A DNA stretch of 64,000 nucleotides, taken from NCBI GenBank assembly GCA_028870995.1, contig JAGWOI010000012.1, forward strand, positions 1,501 through 65,500, written 5' to 3'. Within the stretch, counting starts at the first letter, position 1; each line of letters starts with the position of its first letter. Made by a program: the position numbers and the translations under genes. Positions 59,273 to 64,000 of the stretch are shown here, piece after piece. This DNA is from Candidatus Omnitrophota bacterium. Its GTDB lineage: Bacteria; Omnitrophota; Gorgyraeia; Zapsychrales; Fredricksoniimonadaceae. The notes under the pieces are model-generated. The model had not been told where the DNA came from. It saw nothing but the letters and a program-made list of their open reading frames with translations, and did no database searches.

Positions 59273-59316
59273 AATTTAGCATGGGGTTTGACAATTTGCA
59301 ACGGCTTTGTTATTGT
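59273..59316. promoter_or_regulatory. overlapping divergent sigma70 promoters (msbA / gnnA-lpxB)
   Basis: Plus: TTGACA(59288)-17-TATTGT(59311). Minus: TTGCAA(59301)-17-TAAATT(59278). Both have a TG extension. Confidence 0.65.
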
Positions 59317-59322
59317 TGTGAC

Positions 59323-60255
59323 ATGCGTAAAATAAATATGGCGCTTGTCGGCTGCGGCTTCCTGGGGCAGCGCCATCTCAAATGCCTTCATACCCTTAAG
59401 AACAAGGCCAATATCACGGCCATCTGCGACCATAACGTGGAACACGGCAGATCACTGGGCAAACAATACCGCCTGCCGGTAGTGCAGGATTACCGTGACA
59501 TAGGAGCTGTGGACGCGGTCAGCATATGCACGCCCACGGTCACCCATGCCGAGATCGCCACTCATTTCCTTAATAAAGGCATTCATACCTTTGTTGAAAA
59601 ACCCATCACCTACAGCTTGGAAGAAGCCGATCAACTGATCCGTTTAGCCCGGCAAAACAACCTTAAATTACAAGTGGGCCACGTGGAACGCTTTAACAGC
59701 GCCTTTACAACCATTGAACCCATTGCCCAGAACCCCCTGTTTGTGGAATGTCACCGCCTTAATCTGTTCCCCAACCGTTCCCTGGATATCGGCGTTGTCA
59801 TGGACTTGATGATCCATGACATTGACATCATCCTGGGCCTGGTCAAATCCCCTTTAAAAGACATCCAGGCGGTCGGCATCAATGTCCTGACCGACAAAGA
59901 AGACATCGCCAATTGTCGTCTCACCTTTGCCAACGGCTGTGTCTGCAATGTTACGGCCAGCCGGATCTCCCCTGAGGTGACCCGTAAAATCCGCATGTTC
60001 ACCCAGAACGCCTACATCTCCCTTGACTATGCCAAGCAGGAAGCCAGCATCTACATGAAGGATGCGCGCGGCATTCACAAACGCAACATACCCATCGAAA
60101 AGGAAGAACCTCTCAAGAAAGAGCTTGAGCATTTCCTTGACTGCGTGCGTGAAGACAATTCCCCCAAGGTCTCCGGGGCTGAAGGCCGTGAAGCCCTTAA
60201 AGTAGCCCTGGACATCACCCAAAAAATATGGGAACACCGTCAAAGCATATTATGA
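59323..60255 (+). CDS. Gfo/Idh/MocA oxidoreductase, GnnA-like (UDP-GlcNAc 3-dehydrogenase)
   Basis: GCGFLG, VEKP, QVGHVERFN, DLMIHDID and TASRIS; upstream of lpxB. Confidence 0.8.
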   Translation: MRKINMALVGCGFLGQRHLKCLHTLKNKANITAICDHNVEHGRSLGKQYRLPVVQDYRDIGAVDAVSICTPTVTHAEIATHFLNKGIHTFVEKPITYSLEEADQLIRLARQNNLKLQVGHVERFNSAFTTIEPIAQNPLFVECHRLNLFPNRSLDIGVVMDLMIHDIDIILGLVKSPLKDIQAVGINVLTDKEDIANCRLTFANGCVCNVTASRISPEVTRKIRMFTQNAYISLDYAKQEASIYMKDARGIHKRNIPIEKEEPLKKELEHFLDCVREDNSPKVSGAEGREALKVALDITQKIWEHRQSIL

Positions 60256-61436
60256 TCGTGGCCGGGGAAGCCTCCGGCGATATGCGCGCGGCGGGTGTCG
60301 CCCGTGCCTTAAAACAGCTTGATCCTGCCCTGCGCCTCAGCGGTATCGGCGGGGAGCACATGCGCAGGGCCGGTGTGGAATGTTTTTGCGACATCACCGA
60401 ACTGGCCGTTATCGGCATCGCCGAAGTCGTCAAAAATTTCAGCCGGATAAAAAAAGTATTTCGACAGACCCTCAAACGGATCGATGCCCAGCCTCTTGAT
60501 GCCGTGGTTCTGGTCGATTACCCGGGATTCAATCTCCGCCTGGCCAAGGAAATAAAAAAAAGGGGCATCAAGGTCATTTACTATGTTTCTCCCCAGGTCT
60601 GGGCCTGGCGGGAAAAAAGGATATGGAAGATAAAAAACCTGGTTGACCGGATGATCGTCTTATTTCCTTTTGAGAAGGACTTGTACGGGAAATACGGCAT
60701 GGCTGTCGATTATACAGGCCATCCCCTGGTAGACGAGATCAACGTGGGCCATGACCAGACCGAGGTTTTAAAGACCCTCGGTCTTTCCGTCAGCAAGACC
60801 ACGATAGGCCTTATGCCCGGATCGAGGATCAAGGAAGTGGAACGCCACCTGCCCTGCATGCTGGAAGCGGCCAAGATCCTTTTTAGCCGTAATCAGGAGC
60901 GGCAATTCATCCTGCTTAAGGCCGGCTCCATCCCCCTTGAACTCATCAACCCCATCCTCCGATCCGCCGACATGGACGCGGCCATGACCCTGCCCCATGT
61001 TCCCGCTCACGAAGCCAAAAGATTACTGGGCTCATTTGAAGAAACAGAACAATTCCCGCTTAAAATTTATGACGGCCCCACCTATGACGGCATCAACGCC
61101 ATGGATGCCTGTATGGTTGCCTCCGGCACGGCCACACTTGAATGCGCTCTGCTTAAAAAACCCATGGTCATCATTTACAAAACCTCATGGCTGACCTACA
61201 GCATTGCCAAAGCCGTCATTAAAATTCCTTATATCGGGTTGGTTAATGTGGTGGCAGGCAGGAAGATCGTTGATGAATTGATCCAGGAGGATGCCACCCC
61301 TGTCAACATCGCAAATAAGCTGGAGAAAGCTGTCTACGATCACCACCTTGTCGACGCACTGGCCGCCGTCAAAGACGCACTGGGAGAACCCGGCGCCAGC
61401 CTGCGGGCGGCGAAGGCCGTTCTGGGATCCCTCTAA
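60228..61436 (+). CDS. lpxB: lipid-A-disaccharide synthase
   Basis: AGEASGD, VDYPGFN, YVSPQVWAWR, GHPL, MPGSR and ASGTATLE motifs. Confidence 0.96.
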   Translation: MGTPSKHIMIVAGEASGDMRAAGVARALKQLDPALRLSGIGGEHMRRAGVECFCDITELAVIGIAEVVKNFSRIKKVFRQTLKRIDAQPLDAVVLVDYPGFNLRLAKEIKKRGIKVIYYVSPQVWAWREKRIWKIKNLVDRMIVLFPFEKDLYGKYGMAVDYTGHPLVDEINVGHDQTEVLKTLGLSVSKTTIGLMPGSRIKEVERHLPCMLEAAKILFSRNQERQFILLKAGSIPLELINPILRSADMDAAMTLPHVPAHEAKRLLGSFEETEQFPLKIYDGPTYDGINAMDACMVASGTATLECALLKKPMVIIYKTSWLTYSIAKAVIKIPYIGLVNVVAGRKIVDELIQEDATPVNIANKLEKAVYDHHLVDALAAVKDALGEPGASLRAAKAVLGSL

Positions 61437-64000
61437 TGTGCATTGCTGATCCCTAAAAAATCCTGCAGATTCCCCAAGGGTTGAATATCGATGATCTCCG
61501 GCATAAAGCCGGCGGAGTTGCGCAGCCGCTCCAGTTGTGATGAAGCAAGCTTGAATTTTATCGACAGTCCCGCGCTGCGCACTTGTAAACCCGCTGCGAC
61601 AGGAGTCAGATCAATACCGCCGGTCTTCTTTTGCGATGCTGACATGGCGCGGTCCGGGACTTCGTAAGAGACCGTCAGGCTGGGCAGGCGCTTATTGACA
61701 ATGATAAAGGAGTCCCCGTTCCTGACCCCAATGACCATCGGGCTTTCCGGATCGCCCAATTGAAAGGAGCCGTTGACGGGTTTCACATAACCTTGATTCT
61801 TTTCGTCCCGCAGAATAAAGCTCCCATCCGGCCGTCTTTCTATAACAACAGAGACACTGCCGTTGCCGGTCAACACAATGTCCCCATGCCGCCAATCGAC
61901 CCTCTGGCGGCCGTCAGTTGCCAAAACAATGGATTTAGAAATAAAATAGGAAGACGTCATTGCGCGATCATCCATGGCCGAGGGGCCGCCTATAAGCGTG
62001 TGCGTCTCCCTGCGCATCACGGCAAAGACATCTCTCCAGGGAGCGAGGCCGTCAATATCAATATGAAAGGGGGCATGGAACAAAATCATTCCTTGCGCCG
62101 TTTCGTATTCCCATACGATCACAGGAGAACTTGACGTTTCATAATCTATGCCTGTCAGCTTGCTGCCGTCCGTAAAGGTAAATTCTCTATATCTTCCCTT
62201 GGGAGAAACCAAATCTTTTATGCCCGAATCCCCATTGGTGGACAACTGGTCGGGCCAAACAATCATGGCCTGATCGGGCGGTGAAATCAGCAAGTCTCTT
62301 AATTCCCGGCCGGTGCCGATCACCTCCAAACCAAATTCTTCGGCCCGTAATCTCACTTGGGTCCGGTAGTCATTCACCACTTCCAAACCATGCCGGCCCA
62401 TTTGAGTCGACACCTTTGGATCAGCCATCAGCCTCAGGAAATTTTTAAAATTAAAAACTTCGGCGGCCCCTCCATTGGACAAGGCCTCCTTGCCTTCCTT
62501 GTTATAGGTCCAATCACCTTCAAAATACAGCACCGCAGCTCCCTGGCTGGCTGGTTCGAAAATGTTCCTGTCATCGCCGATGACCGCCACATCAGCCAGG
62601 CCGTACATTTCCCGCAGTTCCCCGTTGGTGTTAAGGATAAGCACATTATGATCCGCCAAACGGGGCATCGGCGCCGCATCGTCACTGCGCACCACGATGG
62701 ACTGGCCGGAGAGGCTGCCTAATAATTTCAACTCCCCCTGGTCACGCCTTTGCCTGAAACCAATGATCAGCAACGGCCTCTGGGAATAAGGAAGGTTCCC
62801 GTAAAGCGTATTATAAGTGTCCATAAATTCGCCGAATTCCTCATCTGAGGGAGAGCCGATGACAATGACTTTTCTTGAAGCCGTACCCAATTCTTCCTTT
62901 AATTCCCCCATTCTTGCCGAAATCTTGGCTGGAAGATTGAATTTAAAAGGAACGTAGGGCAAATCCACAAAAACCCCTTCTCCGGCACGCGTTACGGTGA
63001 TCCCTTCAAAATCATGAAAATCCAAGTGAATGACATCTGGCCGATAAAATCCTTTAAAGGCACGGATCTCATAACCGGGAAAAAGTTTGGCAGCCTGACG
63101 GGCATCGATCTCATCGCTGTACAAAATAATGATTTTCTGTTTATCGAGACCCATGGCCTGAATGAGGCCCCGCGTAGCATTAACAGCAGCCATTTCATAG
63201 ACCCTTACGGCGAACTTGAACGGTGAGTTATTCAAGGTCCAGGCAACCCTTCTTTTCAAAGCAGCCAAGAAAGCCGAAGGATTATTCATCAGGCCGGCAT
63301 AATTACCGACCAATTCCTTTTCCAGAGAATATACGGATTTATGTTGCAAAGAAAATTCTGCATCGGCCATGCTCCCCCTGATCAGTGAAGCAAATATTTG
63401 AAACAATTCTCTTAATTCACCCAATTTCCACTCTGACACCTGATAAGCCGCCGTTGGTTTATCCTTCAACAAGAGAAGCAGTTTTAAGTAATAGGCAAAA
63501 GCACCATCAGGAAGTAAATCCTTTCCATAAGCCGTCCTGAAAAGGGACTTAATATCATCATCGGTAAAACTCTCTTGCCGGGTTACAAATCCGGATTTTA
63601 TCAAGGCATCAAATAGGCTGATGACTGCCTCATGTGCCGGCCATTCGGGAGTCCTATTAAGGGTAAGAAGGAGCGCTATAAAACCCTTCTCCTTGATCTG
63701 CTGCGCAGTGATAAGCCTGGCCTTAATTAAGGAGCTCAAAACCTCTGCTATATCCCTGCGTAAGAAAACATGCGGCGATTGCATAAGCTCATCCGACAGA
63801 ATTTCCCACAAGTTATTATCCTCAACCTGCTGTCGATCAAGGTACCCGGCATTGATCAGCGAATTAAGCGTCTCGAGATTAACTTTGCGCAGAATGGCCT
63901 CCGGGCTGGTAAGGAAATTCTCTATAAGAGTCTGCAGCAGCTTATTTTTCATCAACTGTTGCTTATCGATGAGCCTGGACTTGATCAATTCATTCAGGAT
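61433..64000 (-). CDS. C-terminal part of a large modular protein: helical repeats, WaaA-like GT-B domain, DxAM-delimited modules and GGIDL tail; 5' end outside the window
   Basis: The frame is open to position 64000 (ILNELIKSRL...), giving at least 855 aa. Contains DQAM, DRAM, DRAM and then GGIDL...GFMPEIIDIQP..NL..FLG. Confidence 0.85.
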   Translation of the reverse strand: MLNELIKSRLIDKQQLMKNKLLQTLIENFLTSPEAILRKVNLETLNSLINAGYLDRQQVEDNNLWEILSDELMQSPHVFLRRDIAEVLSSLIKARLITAQQIKEKGFIALLLTLNRTPEWPAHEAVISLFDALIKSGFVTRQESFTDDDIKSLFRTAYGKDLLPDGAFAYYLKLLLLLKDKPTAAYQVSEWKLGELRELFQIFASLIRGSMADAEFSLQHKSVYSLEKELVGNYAGLMNNPSAFLAALKRRVAWTLNNSPFKFAVRVYEMAAVNATRGLIQAMGLDKQKIIILYSDEIDARQAAKLFPGYEIRAFKGFYRPDVIHLDFHDFEGITVTRAGEGVFVDLPYVPFKFNLPAKISARMGELKEELGTASRKVIVIGSPSDEEFGEFMDTYNTLYGNLPYSQRPLLIIGFRQRRDQGELKLLGSLSGQSIVVRSDDAAPMPRLADHNVLILNTNGELREMYGLADVAVIGDDRNIFEPASQGAAVLYFEGDWTYNKEGKEALSNGGAAEVFNFKNFLRLMADPKVSTQMGRHGLEVVNDYRTQVRLRAEEFGLEVIGTGRELRDLLISPPDQAMIVWPDQLSTNGDSGIKDLVSPKGRYREFTFTDGSKLTGIDYETSSSPVIVWEYETAQGMILFHAPFHIDIDGLAPWRDVFAVMRRETHTLIGGPSAMDDRAMTSSYFISKSIVLATDGRQRVDWRHGDIVLTGNGSVSVVIERRPDGSFILRDEKNQGYVKPVNGSFQLGDPESPMVIGVRNGDSFIIVNKRLPSLTVSYEVPDRAMSASQKKTGGIDLTPVAAGLQVRSAGLSIKFKLASSQLERLRNSAGFMPEIIDIQPLGNLQDFLGISNAH

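Noticed and set aside
61643-62275. DxAM codons read as DNA-level signals (GCCATG internal starts or recombination sites)
   Set aside because: No SD upstream, and synonymous variation favours a peptide-level motif; not fully excluded.
1-64000. CRISPR arrays, IS elements, prophage, rRNA, programmed frameshifts
   Set aside because: No repeat-spacer pattern, transposase, phage gene or split gene seen by eye.

Overview
Bacterial core-genome window, most likely from Candidatus Omnitrophota (PVC superphylum). This is inferred from the PVC-type L28 insertion, the gene order, and a large ORF with DxAM linkers and a GGIDL C-terminus. Almost all genes are on the minus strand. In order: partial glgP; GT-C membrane protein; moaC, a GGQ release-factor-like gene, prmA, gpmI; a DUF4032/NTase/TPM/ldhA/lemA operon; TPR, YfhO-like, TrmH and M3 peptidase genes; rpmB, recJ, argS, rsfS; a 57-aa gene missing from the ORF track that resembles crenarchaeal chromatin protein CC1; gpsA, GT2, tRNA-Thr/Tyr/Gly; an LPS core/lipid A cluster (waaA, lpxK, LpxL-ELM1 fusion, GT4-GT9 fusion, GT4, three GT9, nnrE); xerC-topA-dprA; aroK, phosphoesterase, stand-alone POTRA, pilD, aroE, leuA, ilvC; aldolase, pfkA, ahcY, metK; a PTS cluster; tRNA-Lys/Leu/Gly; frr-pyrH-tsf-rpsB; msbA, gnnA-like, lpxB; and the 3' end of a large modular gene. 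No CRISPR array, IS or prophage was seen. Best leads: (1) a polyprotein-like ORF with DxAM-delimited modules, a degenerate WaaA-like domain and a GGIDL tail, with a DAAM insertion in the neighbouring LpxB; (2) the CC1-like protein with strong expression signals; (3) repeated leaderless promoter-ATG layouts; (4) an EF-Ts lacking its coiled-coil; (5) GGGAC-type intergenic palindromes. All family assignments are by motif recognition, not database search.
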